64,000 nt of DNA from an uncultured Gammaproteobacteria bacterium. Lineage in GTDB: Bacteria; Patescibacteriota; Patescibacteriia; Magasanikbacterales; UBA922. Location: assembly GCA_964612105.1 (NCBI GenBank), contig CAZTEU010000001.1:147437-211436 (forward strand), given 5' to 3'. The notes under the pieces were generated by a model. The model made no database searches and was not told the DNA's origin. It worked only from the letters and a program-made list of their open reading frames with translations. Positions within the stretch are counted from its first letter, which is position 1, and each line of letters starts with the position of its first letter. A program made the translations under genes and the position numbers. Shown here piece by piece: positions 27,850 to 37,227 of this stretch.

Positions 27850-28638
27850 ATGAAAGGTAAAATCCTATCATTAGGAGCCGTGGCTGTATTGTTACTTGTA
27901 GGAGCAGGGTGTGCCCAAGTGGAAAGCCCAGCACTAGAGAAACAAGCCACAGAACCTGTAGTGCAAAACACTACAGATGGGACTACAGTAGAGACTGTAG
28001 TATCAGATGACAGTATTACTCTGTCTGCTGTTCCAACAGCAATTCCAGGTGAAGTATTACTTACTTGGAATGTACCTACTGAGCTTGAAAGCCCAGAAGG
28101 TTACCGTCTTGTTCGTTCTGCAAATGTAGAACCAAGGTTTCCTGGTAGTTTCTGGTTTCACCAGGGACAGGAGCGTCGTCATATCACCTGGATTAACGTA
28201 CCAGCGGGAAGACAATATTTCCGTTTATGTCAGTTCAAAGGTGGTGAATGTGTGGCGTACAGTAATCAAGTTAGTGTAAATCTTGGAGAAAATGCAAATT
28301 CTACTGCATCTCCTTACACTACTAAACGTACAGAAGTAGAAGTTATACGTAATTTCTACAATGCACTAATGAGCGACAACAAAGCAGACGCTCTAAAATA
28401 TGTACCTGCAAGTGTACGATCAGCGGATTTCTTCAAACAAAAGTGGGAAGAGATACAAGATTGGCAGTTCCAGAATGTTGAGATTCGTCTTGACACAATT
28501 ACTGGAGATATCTTCAGCATAAAGAAAGTGGATATCGTAGTAGGTGTAAAAGTTGATGGAAAAATTGTAGCTGGCCCTAGACAAGTTACAGTAGACTTCC
28601 GTAACGACAAATGGTACATCGTGGACTTCCAGTTATAA
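27850..28638 (+). CDS. hypothetical lipoprotein (native class)
   Basis: LLLVGAGC lipobox; FN3-like middle region and NTF2-like C-terminal pattern (inferred); no SD. Confidence 0.75.
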   Translation: MKGKILSLGAVAVLLLVGAGCAQVESPALEKQATEPVVQNTTDGTTVETVVSDDSITLSAVPTAIPGEVLLTWNVPTELESPEGYRLVRSANVEPRFPGSFWFHQGQERRHITWINVPAGRQYFRLCQFKGGECVAYSNQVSVNLGENANSTASPYTTKRTEVEVIRNFYNALMSDNKADALKYVPASVRSADFFKQKWEEIQDWQFQNVEIRLDTITGDIFSIKKVDIVVGVKVDGKIVAGPRQVTVDFRNDKWYIVDFQL

Positions 28639-28651
28639 ACAAAAACAAATT

Positions 28652-28677
28652 AAAAACACCCCTTATGGGGTGTTTTT
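28652..28677. terminator. bidirectional intrinsic terminator
   Basis: AAAAACACCCC-TTAT-GGGGTGTTTTT. Confidence 0.78.
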
Positions 28678-28691
28678 GTTTACAGAGATGT

Positions 28692-29354
28692 TCATTTAGT
28701 TACTGTTGGAAGAGGTTTAGTAAGCAATATCTGCCACATCCCCTTTACTCGTGCAAATGTTTCTCTAATCTCCATAATAAAAACCGAATCATCCGTATAG
28801 CTATCTGCAGAAAAACCAACTGTATCTATCCCAAAGTTTTCGCAGAAAAATATAATTCTAGGCAGATGAAAGTCTTGAGATACAGCAATTACTGATTCTA
28901 ATCCATACACATGCTTTTCCCTGTAACAACTCTCGTATGTGCGGTATCCATGTGGATCTACAGATACATCATTTATGGGTATTCCATTGTCTATTGCGTA
29001 GCGCAACATAATGTTTACTTCGTCTGCACGCTTACCTCCATCATCACCTGTCATTATTAACTTCTTTACCTTTCCTTTTCTATATAAATCAATTCCAGCA
29101 TCTACTCTGGCCTTCTGCATATTACTTTGGGTACTTTTGTCTTCCATTCCACCACCAAATATTAGAGCGATATCACGTGAAGGAACATCTTCTACAGATG
29201 GGTGAATATTATTTCCATATGGGAATATTATTGCCCATGATATAACTATTAGAAGTAGACTAATCGACAGAAGAGCAACAGAAATAAACTGAAATACAAC
29301 CAAGGATAGGTCTTGGTTGGGTATGTGATTCTTTTTTGGGTTCCTAAATATCAT
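28692..29354 (-). CDS. SanA/YdcF (DUF218) family protein
   Basis: ALIFGGG, RVDAGIDLY, IMTGD, GYRTYESCYR, VSQDFHLPR, RETFAR. Confidence 0.88.
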   Translation of the reverse strand: MIFRNPKKNHIPNQDLSLVVFQFISVALLSISLLLIVISWAIIFPYGNNIHPSVEDVPSRDIALIFGGGMEDKSTQSNMQKARVDAGIDLYRKGKVKKLIMTGDDGGKRADEVNIMLRYAIDNGIPINDVSVDPHGYRTYESCYREKHVYGLESVIAVSQDFHLPRIIFFCENFGIDTVGFSADSYTDDSVFIMEIRETFARVKGMWQILLTKPLPTVTK

Positions 29355-29456
29355 AAAATGTAGTTGAGAGATTATAGCAGATATTGTGTATTTTTCAAGT
29401 ACACATACTTTTCCACACTCCCCTAGACTTTATTTGTTTTATACTCTATACTTTTT

Positions 29457-29744
29457 CCATACCCTTGAGGTATGGCGTCGTGCATGCGCGGATGTTGTCT
29501 TGCCACCAACCCTCATCGAGGGTAGGTCAGCAGATGCAGCCGTAGGAACTCTACTAATTATCAAGAGGTCCAGTCCTTGCTTTTTCTGCCCCGTCGATCA
29601 CCAAATAAGGCTTCGGGGCTCATCACGTAGGAGCGACTGACGGTTCTTAGGGGGATCTTAGTTGTGTACGACGCCCCCTCCATTTGACCAAAAAAGGTTT
29701 TTGTCCAAATGTTGTAAAAAAACGCTTAAATAAGCGTTTTTTTT
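29457..29744 (+). ncRNA. candidate structured ncRNA 1
   Basis: Promoter TAGACT-17-TATACT (29424-29452); 5' hairpin CCATACC/GGTATGG; closing stem GGCGTCGTGCA/TGTACGACGCC around three arms; terminator AAAAAACGCTTA/TAAGCGTTTTTTT; no convincing ORF. Confidence 0.65.
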
Positions 29745-29754
29745 ATATTCTCTA

Positions 29755-29783
29755 TTGACAGGTTGTCCTATTTCAAGTATAAT
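29755..29783 (+). promoter_or_regulatory. consensus sigma70 promoter
   Basis: Perfect TTGACA-17 nt-TATAAT with no protein gene downstream on this strand. Confidence 0.85.
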
Positions 29784-29789
29784 CCCCAG

Positions 29790-30245
29790 TTGTTTCCTGT
29801 TAGAACTCCGTATAAGGAAGAACGATCTCACGGCTCGATCAAGTAGTTGAGGGGGGTAGAAAAGGAAGGACATAAGTCACCCTTCCTTAGAGGCCAACCA
29901 AAGCCACCCTTCTTCGTCCTCTGCATTGCAAGTCGAAAAAAAACAAAAGATCGAGTGTAAGTCCCTAGTACTCCAGTGATGATCGGCCCCTTATGGCGTT
30001 GAGTACGCGGAAATGATGGAGGTGTGTGTTCCCAAGCTGCTCGGGGTTCAATTCCTGAAAACTGTCGCTTTCTGGCTAAGGCCTGATTGTAGGATGACGG
30101 ACGAGACAAAACAGTGGAAAGTTCACTCCCCTTCTACGTGTACGGTAGCGACGTGCGGTTCTGTAGTCCTAATATTTGGATTACATTCCGCACGTCGCTG
30201 CCACACGTTCGACCATATAAACCTCATTAAGATGTGGTTTTTTGT
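29790..30245 (+). ncRNA. candidate large structured ncRNA 2 (about 450 nt)
   Basis: Perfect promoter; several long-range complementarities; long 3' hairpin at 30136-30208; terminator AAACC..GGTTTTTT; no convincing ORF. Confidence 0.7.
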
Positions 30246-30252
30246 TTGGTAA

Positions 30253-31605
30253 TTATACTACTATTGATTCACTATTCTTTGGAATATCTGTTTCTATTCC
30301 CAATTCATCATTTATTCTTCCTGATAACGCCTCTAGTGCCTTTGGTTCCCCATGAATACATATAACCTTACTTGGTTTTTCTTCAGCCTCACTAATCCAC
30401 CTTACAAGCTTATTTTGATCTCCATGAGCAGATAATGCACCTATTGCTTTGATAGTACTTTTTACCTCAACATCCTGCCCAAATATCTTTACGCTCTTAT
30501 GCCCATCATATATTTTTCTTCCACGAGTGCCTTTTGCTTGATAGCCAACAATAATAAGTGTGGACTTTGGATCCGATAAATACCTAAACAAGTGATGAAT
30601 AATACGCCCACCATTCATCATTCCTGCTCCTGCTATAATTATTTTTGGACCTTTTATGTTGTTTATTTTTTTAGACTCTTCTTTTGAGCGTGTAATTTGT
30701 AGCTGTGGAAACTTAAAAAAATCATCGCCTTTTGTGTATTGGTCACAAGCCTCCTTGTCATAGTATTCTGGATATTTCCTGTACACTGGCAATGCATCTA
30801 TAGCTAGTGGACTATCCAGGAATATGGGAACATCTGGAAGAGTTTTATCTTCCTCACTCATTTCATCCAGCTCATACAAAAGCTCTTGTGTGCGCTCCAT
30901 AGAAAATGCAGGAATCATGATTGTCCCACCACGGGCAACTCCTTCTTTTATTAAATCCAAAATAATCTTCTTTCTTTCTGTGATTGTTTCGTGAATACGA
31001 TCACCATATGTTGATTCACAAACTAATGTATCTATTTTTCCAAGACCTTCTGTTTCTTTAAGTATAGGCACGTTATCATTTCCAATATCCCCAGAAAAAG
31101 CAATTACTTTTCCATTTATATTGACTTCTATGAAAGAGGCTCCAAAAATATGACCAGCATCCTTAAATATTGCATAGTCCCCATCCCCAAGATCTACTTT
31201 TTCATGATAATCAATACCATTACATTGGGAAACAGACCTTTCTATTTCTTCCTCATTAAATAATATGGGTGTTTGATATTTCTTATTATTATAGGTCATT
31301 ATACGAAACGCATCCTGCCATAATAATTTTATCAGACCAAATGTTCCTTTTGTCATATGAATAGAACCTGTATACCCATCTTTTACTAACTTTGGAATCC
31401 TGCCGGAGTGGTCTGTATGAGCATGAGTTAACAAAACATGATCAATTGTGTGTGGGTCGAAAGGAAAATTATCAGCGTTTCTCCCTTCGTTAAAATCTCC
31501 TCCTTGAAACATACCACAATCAACTAAAATGCGCTTAGAGCCCGTATCAATTAGATGGCATGAGCCTGTAACTTCTTCTGCTGCTCCGAAAAAAGTGATT
31601 TTCAT
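30253..31605 (-). CDS. MBL-fold beta-CASP ribonuclease
   Basis: GAAEEVTGSCH, THAHTDHSGR, AGHIFG, FSGDIG, ESTYGDR, SAHGD, HGE. Confidence 0.92.
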   Translation of the reverse strand: MKITFFGAAEEVTGSCHLIDTGSKRILVDCGMFQGGDFNEGRNADNFPFDPHTIDHVLLTHAHTDHSGRIPKLVKDGYTGSIHMTKGTFGLIKLLWQDAFRIMTYNNKKYQTPILFNEEEIERSVSQCNGIDYHEKVDLGDGDYAIFKDAGHIFGASFIEVNINGKVIAFSGDIGNDNVPILKETEGLGKIDTLVCESTYGDRIHETITERKKIILDLIKEGVARGGTIMIPAFSMERTQELLYELDEMSEEDKTLPDVPIFLDSPLAIDALPVYRKYPEYYDKEACDQYTKGDDFFKFPQLQITRSKEESKKINNIKGPKIIIAGAGMMNGGRIIHHLFRYLSDPKSTLIIVGYQAKGTRGRKIYDGHKSVKIFGQDVEVKSTIKAIGALSAHGDQNKLVRWISEAEEKPSKVICIHGEPKALEALSGRINDELGIETDIPKNSESIVV

Positions 31606-31701
31606 AATGGAAAAATTAGTGAAAATAATGTACAATTACATATATAATACATTGTCTATTAACTCTATACAAGACGGTGTTGTTCTGTTATACTCTTGAC
31701 C

Positions 31702-32364
31702 ATGAGAAAACGTAATCAACACATAGAAATACAAGAACCACCTTTGCGAGAAATTAATAAGAAGCGTTCGTGTTTTCGTAGGAGTTGTACTACAGGTTGT
31801 GGTTGTATTGTTTTATTTATTGTTGCATTAGTGCTTGTCTTTAAATTTTTCTTAGTGTCTAGACCAAAAAAAGTAAAGACAATTCCAGAACATTTTCCAA
31901 ACAGTGTGCCTATTTATGATACCGAAAGAATTGAGAGTATCTCTTTCTTATCTGCAGAAAAGAAGGGGCGTGCAGTGCAAACGATTTCATATATTTCACG
32001 TAAAACTCTTACACCATTCTCAAAGATTTTAGATAAAAATATAGGTGGCCAAACTGTGTCTACTGTAGGACTAGACGATGTAATTAACTTCTTAAACAGT
32101 CCTGTCACAGACCCTCGTGACATAGTTCATGTAGAATGGGAAGATCTTCAGGCTGAACCATCTTTCATACTTGACTTTTATAGAACTACTCTTGAAAAAA
32201 ATGGTTTCGATGTATCTGCAGGTTATGTATCCACAGAAATATATGATCTTAATTTTGATGGTGAAGAACAGAAAGTAAATGGAGCATTGCATATTGAGGA
32301 TAGCAATGAGAAAGGTACTGACTTTGTCTCGTTAACAGTAAGTATGCCAACTTATGGCAATTAA
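31702..32364 (+). CDS. hypothetical membrane-anchored protein
   Basis: Cys-rich CTTGCGC followed by one TM helix; coupled to the next gene. Confidence 0.7.
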   Translation: MRKRNQHIEIQEPPLREINKKRSCFRRSCTTGCGCIVLFIVALVLVFKFFLVSRPKKVKTIPEHFPNSVPIYDTERIESISFLSAEKKGRAVQTISYISRKTLTPFSKILDKNIGGQTVSTVGLDDVINFLNSPVTDPRDIVHVEWEDLQAEPSFILDFYRTTLEKNGFDVSAGYVSTEIYDLNFDGEEQKVNGALHIEDSNEKGTDFVSLTVSMPTYGN

Positions 32365-33274
32365 GACATTAAAAATTGGAGATCTAACTTGGGTCAACAT
32401 GGATAGTGTCGATGAGGCTTCTTTAAAATATCTAAAAGATAAGCATAATTTCCATCAGCTGGATATAGAAGATTTACAAAGTGATGGTCAAACTCCAAAA
32501 ATTGACGTATATAAAAAATACCTATTTGTTATTTTGCAATTTCCACGTTGGGACTCTAAAACAAAAACTGTGTCACCTTATGAAATAGATTTCTTCGTTG
32601 GTGACAACTTTCTAATTACAATTCAACACCATTCAGTATCTGACATACATGACTTGTTCAAAAGGTGGCACAAGAGCAGGCAGGTAAAAAAAGATTGGAT
32701 GAATAAAAACTCAGGCTACTTGCTATATAATATTGTTGAATCTCTATTTCAAAAATCTAGACCGATTCTAAATAAACTTGGGAGAGAGATTTATGACATT
32801 GAGAAAGAGGTGTTTGCTGGACAACAGCTTGATAATAATCTAATCATGGAGCTTGGGCGTCACAGAAGAAATGTGCTCGGTTTTAGAAGAATAATTGACC
32901 CACAAAGGTATCTAATGAGTAATCTATCTCATATTAGAAAACCTTTCTTATCAGAAGACACCTCACTCTATTTTGATGATGTAAATGACTATTTAAGTAA
33001 GCTGTGGTCTATTATTGATACTTATAGAGACACAGTTCAAGGTCTACACGTAACTGTTGAATCTCTAATCAATCAGAGAACGAATAAGGTTATTAGCATG
33101 CTTACAGTTATATCTGTTTCATTACTCCCTCTTACTGTACTTTCTGGGATATATGGTATGAACATAGCGCTACCATTTTCTCACCAACCATTGGTTGTGT
33201 GGGGTATATTTATCATTCTTACTTGTTCTATATTATTATTGATCTCAATCATGAGAAAAAAACGCTGGATCTGA
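32354..33274 (+). CDS. corA: CorA family magnesium transporter
   Basis: LPLTVLSGIYGMN signature and two C-terminal TMs. Confidence 0.9.
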   Translation: MAIKTLKIGDLTWVNMDSVDEASLKYLKDKHNFHQLDIEDLQSDGQTPKIDVYKKYLFVILQFPRWDSKTKTVSPYEIDFFVGDNFLITIQHHSVSDIHDLFKRWHKSRQVKKDWMNKNSGYLLYNIVESLFQKSRPILNKLGREIYDIEKEVFAGQQLDNNLIMELGRHRRNVLGFRRIIDPQRYLMSNLSHIRKPFLSEDTSLYFDDVNDYLSKLWSIIDTYRDTVQGLHVTVESLINQRTNKVISMLTVISVSLLPLTVLSGIYGMNIALPFSHQPLVVWGIFIILTCSILLLISIMRKKRWI

Positions 33275-33275
33275 T

Positions 33276-34886
33276 ATGATTCAACTATTTTCCAGCAAAA
33301 CAAAAAGTATTACAGGAGCCGCTATCATACTTGGATCGGCTTCTTTTATTAGTAGAATTATTGGGGTGGTTAGAGACCGTGTATTTGCCCACCAGTTTGG
33401 AGCTGGAGAGATGTTAGATGCTTACTATGCAGCATTCCGTATTCCAGACTTAGTATATAACCTACTGGTTGTTGGCGCACTTTCTGCTGGATTTATACCA
33501 GTATTCATGGAACTTTTAGTAAAAAACAAAAAAGATGCTTGGAGAGTTACTAATAGTATAATAAACATACTTGGCCTCTGTTTGGTGATAATTTGTGGAA
33601 TATTAGCTATATTTACTCCACAATTAATGCCTCTTGTCGTTCCTGGATTTAACGAGGGGACCATGGGAATAACAGTGCTTCTTACACGTGTTATGTTTTT
33701 AAGTCCAATACTTCTAGGACTAAGTAGTGTTGTTAGTGGGGTTCTGCAATCTTTTAAATCATTCCTAATATATGCATTTACTCCAATAATGTATAACGTA
33801 GGGATAATTATTGGCGCTACTGTCTTTGTTCCATATTTTGGAATTGTTGGGTTAGCCTATGGTGTAGTTTTAGGTGCTACTCTTCATTTAGCTGTACAAC
33901 TACCAACTTTTTTTAGTCATGGGTTTAAATATAAAGCATTACTAGAAATAAAGAATAAATCTGTAAGAAAGATATTTCTCTTAATGATTCCAAGAACACT
34001 TGGGCTTGCAACTGTGCAACTCAATCTAATAGCAATGACTCTATTTGCATCATTACTAGCAACAGGTAGTATTGCTGTGTTTAATTTTGCAAATAATCTT
34101 CAGTACTTCCCTATCGGTATTGTTGGAATATCATTTGCCGTAGCTGCATTCCCTACTTTTGCACAACTTATTGCACAGGGTCAAACTGAGAAGTTTATAA
34201 GACACTTGAGCACAACAATTCGCCAGATTCTATTTTTTATACTCCCACTTACTATTATTTTCTTATTACTTAGGGCTCAGATTGTGCGTGTAGTTCTTGG
34301 AAGTGGTCAGTTCGATTGGAACGCAACCATTCTTACATCTGATACACTTGCGTTGTTTAGTGTGTCATTGTTTGCACAAGCACTAATACCGTTGTTTGCT
34401 AGGGCTTTCTATGCACTGCAGGATACGTGGACGCCTTTTGTAGCAGGTATTGTTGGGTCTATTATAAATATAATCTTAGCTTGGTATCTAAAAGATATAT
34501 TTGGAGTTACAGGTCTTGCTATATCATTCTCTGCTGGTGCCATAATCCAACTTGCTGTTCTTTGGCTGCTACTAAGACTAAAGATAAGAACTATACACGA
34601 GTTAAGTATATTACTAGGCTTGTTTAAGATATCTATAGCGCTTATTATTATGGCATTACTTACTCAATGGATTAAAACACCTCTAGCTAGTTTTGTAGAT
34701 ATGACTCGTTTTTGGGGTATACTAACCCAGGGAGCAATTGCTGGATCTGTTGGGCTTCTTGTATATGGAACAATCTGCTACCTATTAAAAGTTGAAGAAA
34801 TGATGGTTATAGCAAAGAGTATGAGGAGAAAGTGGTTAAAGCTCGCATATATTCAAGGAGAAATAAATGATGCAGATGAATTATAG
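33276..34886 (+). CDS. murJ: lipid II flippase MurJ
   Basis: SRIIGVVRDRVFAHQFGAG, DAYYAAFRIPD, GALSAGFIPVF, RAFYALQDTWTP. Confidence 0.95.
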   Translation: MIQLFSSKTKSITGAAIILGSASFISRIIGVVRDRVFAHQFGAGEMLDAYYAAFRIPDLVYNLLVVGALSAGFIPVFMELLVKNKKDAWRVTNSIINILGLCLVIICGILAIFTPQLMPLVVPGFNEGTMGITVLLTRVMFLSPILLGLSSVVSGVLQSFKSFLIYAFTPIMYNVGIIIGATVFVPYFGIVGLAYGVVLGATLHLAVQLPTFFSHGFKYKALLEIKNKSVRKIFLLMIPRTLGLATVQLNLIAMTLFASLLATGSIAVFNFANNLQYFPIGIVGISFAVAAFPTFAQLIAQGQTEKFIRHLSTTIRQILFFILPLTIIFLLLRAQIVRVVLGSGQFDWNATILTSDTLALFSVSLFAQALIPLFARAFYALQDTWTPFVAGIVGSIINIILAWYLKDIFGVTGLAISFSAGAIIQLAVLWLLLRLKIRTIHELSILLGLFKISIALIIMALLTQWIKTPLASFVDMTRFWGILTQGAIAGSVGLLVYGTICYLLKVEEMMVIAKSMRRKWLKLAYIQGEINDADEL

Positions 34887-34929
34887 GTTGCGGATAGTCT
34901 GTCTCCAAGGTAAAATAGAATAATAACGT

Positions 34930-36717
34930 ATGAGTGAAAAGATACGCAATTTTTGTATAATCGCACACATAGATCACGGTAAATCAACACTGGCTGATCG
35001 TTTTTTGGAAGTTACAGAAACAATAGAATCGAGAGAGATGAAAAGTCAGGTCTTAGATCAGATGGAGTTAGAACAAGAGCGAGGAATTACAATAAAACTA
35101 CAGCCTGTAAGAATGTTACATAATGGATACACATTAAACTTGATAGATACTCCTGGTCACGTAGATTTTACTTATGAAGTTTCGAGATCACTAGCAGCTG
35201 TTGAGGGTGCAATACTACTTGTAGATGCAACACAAGGTGTACAAGCTCAGACCATTGGAAACTTGTATCTCGCATTGGATCAGGAATTAAAGATAATACC
35301 TGTACTAAACAAAATTGATTTACCAAACGCAGATACAGAAAAAGCCAGTGCAGAAATAGTTCATCTTTTAGGCTGTAATAAAGAGGACATACTAAAGTGT
35401 TCTGGTAAAACAGGAGAAGGAGTTAGTGCGGTTTTGGAAGAAGTTATAGAAAAAGTACCAGAGCCAAAAGAAAAAGGAGGGACTGCTAGGGCTCTAATCT
35501 TTGATTCATTCTATGATGATTACCGCGGTGTTATAGCATCAATAAGATTGCAGGAAGGTACCATGGCAAAAGGTGACAAGATTACTTTTATGGGAACAGG
35601 TGCAAAGGCGGAAATATTAGAGATTGGTCATTATTCACCAAAACTAAAAGCAGACAAAGTATTTGAAAACGGACAGATTGGATACATTGTTTCTGGACTT
35701 AAAGAACTTGGTCAGGTGCAGGTTGGAGATACAATTACACTATCAGAAGACCCTGCCACAGAACCTTTGCCTGGTTATAAACAAGTAAAACCGATGGTTT
35801 TTGCTGGCATTTTTCCCAAAGAAGGTGATGACTACAATGCCATGCGAGATGCTATAGATAAACTAAAGCTAAGTGATTCTGCTCTTGTATATGAACCAGA
35901 ACACTCACAAGTACTTGGTTTTGGGTTTAGGTGCGGTTTTCTTGGAATGCTTCATTTGGAAATATTTCAAGAAAGACTTGTACGTGAGTTTGGATTACAC
36001 ATTGTTACAACCGTACCAAGTGTTGCATACCAAGTACTAAAGACAAATGGTGAAGAATTAATAGCAAAAAGTCCACAAGACTTGCCTGGAGCATCTAGTA
36101 TAGAAAATATAGAAGAACCGTGGATGGTTGTGGATATAATTACACCAGACCAATATATTGGTAATGTTATGGGTCTAGTATCAGAAAGAAAAGGAAGATA
36201 CCTAAACACAGAATACATGAGTAGTGGATCTGGACAGCGTGTTATGTTGCACTACGAGATGCCTCTTTCTGCACTTATTACTGATTTCTATGATAAACTA
36301 AAGACTGTAACTAGTGGATACGCATCTCTCAACTATGAGTTTAAACGTTATGAGAAAGCAGATGTTGTAAAACTAGACATTCTTATCGCAGAAGAACCTG
36401 TAGAAGCACTTTCTACACTTGTATGGAGAGATGAGGCATTTAGAGTAGGAAAGAAAATAGTAAAATCTCTTAAGGATACCTTACCAAAAAAACAATTTGT
36501 TATTAAGATACAAGCAACCATAGGTGGAAAGATAATTGCTGCAGAAAGATTAAGTGCGTTAAGAAAGGATGTTACAGCAAAACTATATGGAGGTGATGTT
36601 ACACGTAAAAGAAAGTTATTAGAAAAACAAAAGAAAGGAAAGAAGAAAATGATGAGTATGGGTAAAGGTAAGGTAGATATACCAACAGAAGCTTATTTAG
36701 CAGTATTAAAAAGATAA
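34930..36717 (+). CDS. lepA: translation elongation factor 4
   Basis: IRNFCIIAHIDHGKSTLADR, GFRCGFLGMLH, RKDVTAKLYGGDVTRKRKLLEKQK. Confidence 0.98.
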   Translation: MSEKIRNFCIIAHIDHGKSTLADRFLEVTETIESREMKSQVLDQMELEQERGITIKLQPVRMLHNGYTLNLIDTPGHVDFTYEVSRSLAAVEGAILLVDATQGVQAQTIGNLYLALDQELKIIPVLNKIDLPNADTEKASAEIVHLLGCNKEDILKCSGKTGEGVSAVLEEVIEKVPEPKEKGGTARALIFDSFYDDYRGVIASIRLQEGTMAKGDKITFMGTGAKAEILEIGHYSPKLKADKVFENGQIGYIVSGLKELGQVQVGDTITLSEDPATEPLPGYKQVKPMVFAGIFPKEGDDYNAMRDAIDKLKLSDSALVYEPEHSQVLGFGFRCGFLGMLHLEIFQERLVREFGLHIVTTVPSVAYQVLKTNGEELIAKSPQDLPGASSIENIEEPWMVVDIITPDQYIGNVMGLVSERKGRYLNTEYMSSGSGQRVMLHYEMPLSALITDFYDKLKTVTSGYASLNYEFKRYEKADVVKLDILIAEEPVEALSTLVWRDEAFRVGKKIVKSLKDTLPKKQFVIKIQATIGGKIIAAERLSALRKDVTAKLYGGDVTRKRKLLEKQKKGKKKMMSMGKGKVDIPTEAYLAVLKR

Positions 36718-36718
36718 T

Positions 36719-36814
36719 ATGGCAAAAGGTAAACATAAGCGCCTAAAACTAATAATTGCGATTATTGGTATATTAGGAATGCTTTTCTTTACGGTTCTAC
36801 CGGCTTTCTATTAA
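36719..36814 (+). CDS. small single-pass membrane protein (31 aa)
   Basis: MAKGKHKRLKLIIAIIGILGMLFFTVLPAFY; fills the gap between lepA and the next ORF. Confidence 0.65.
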   Translation: MAKGKHKRLKLIIAIIGILGMLFFTVLPAFY

Positions 36815-36820
36815 ATTAAT

Positions 36821-37225
36821 ATGAAAAAGAAAAAGAAGTTAGATGTAATCCACAACTATCAATTCTGGGTAACACTTATTTTTACTGTTGGGCTTTTTTT
36901 AATGATTCCATACTACACAATTATTATTTATGCCCAACAAGACATGGTAGACTGGCAATGGTACTATGCAGTGCTGTGGATAATCATTCTACTTATTGTA
37001 GGGTTTAAACTAAGAGGTAAAATACCCAGTAGGCAGAAGGTAAAGGCAAAGAAATCTCATTTTATTTATTGGATATTACTTGGTATATTTTCTGTCGGCT
37101 GGTACGTCGGAGAGCCTGGTAATATTACTCACTTACGTAGCCTTAACATCGTATTTATTGTCTATACGATATTTATAGCAGATTCATTCTGGGATTTTAA
37201 AAAAATATATAAAAAGAAAAAATAA
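36821..37225 (+). CDS. membrane protein
   Basis: 134 aa with 4 hydrophobic segments, in operon. Confidence 0.75.
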   Translation: MKKKKKLDVIHNYQFWVTLIFTVGLFLMIPYYTIIIYAQQDMVDWQWYYAVLWIIILLIVGFKLRGKIPSRQKVKAKKSHFIYWILLGIFSVGWYVGEPGNITHLRSLNIVFIVYTIFIADSFWDFKKIYKKKK

Positions 37226-37227
37226 TT

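Noticed and set aside
29790-30245. tmRNA, RNase P RNA or group II intron identity for ncRNA 2
   Set aside because: The T-loop-like motif is not followed by an acceptor/CCA end. The candidate tag ASRKKTKDRV lacks a hydrophobic Ala-ending tail. There is no GAGGAAAGTC RNase P motif. ACGTGCGGTTC resembles the domain V 3' strand but no matching 5' strand is present. An Rfam scan is still needed.
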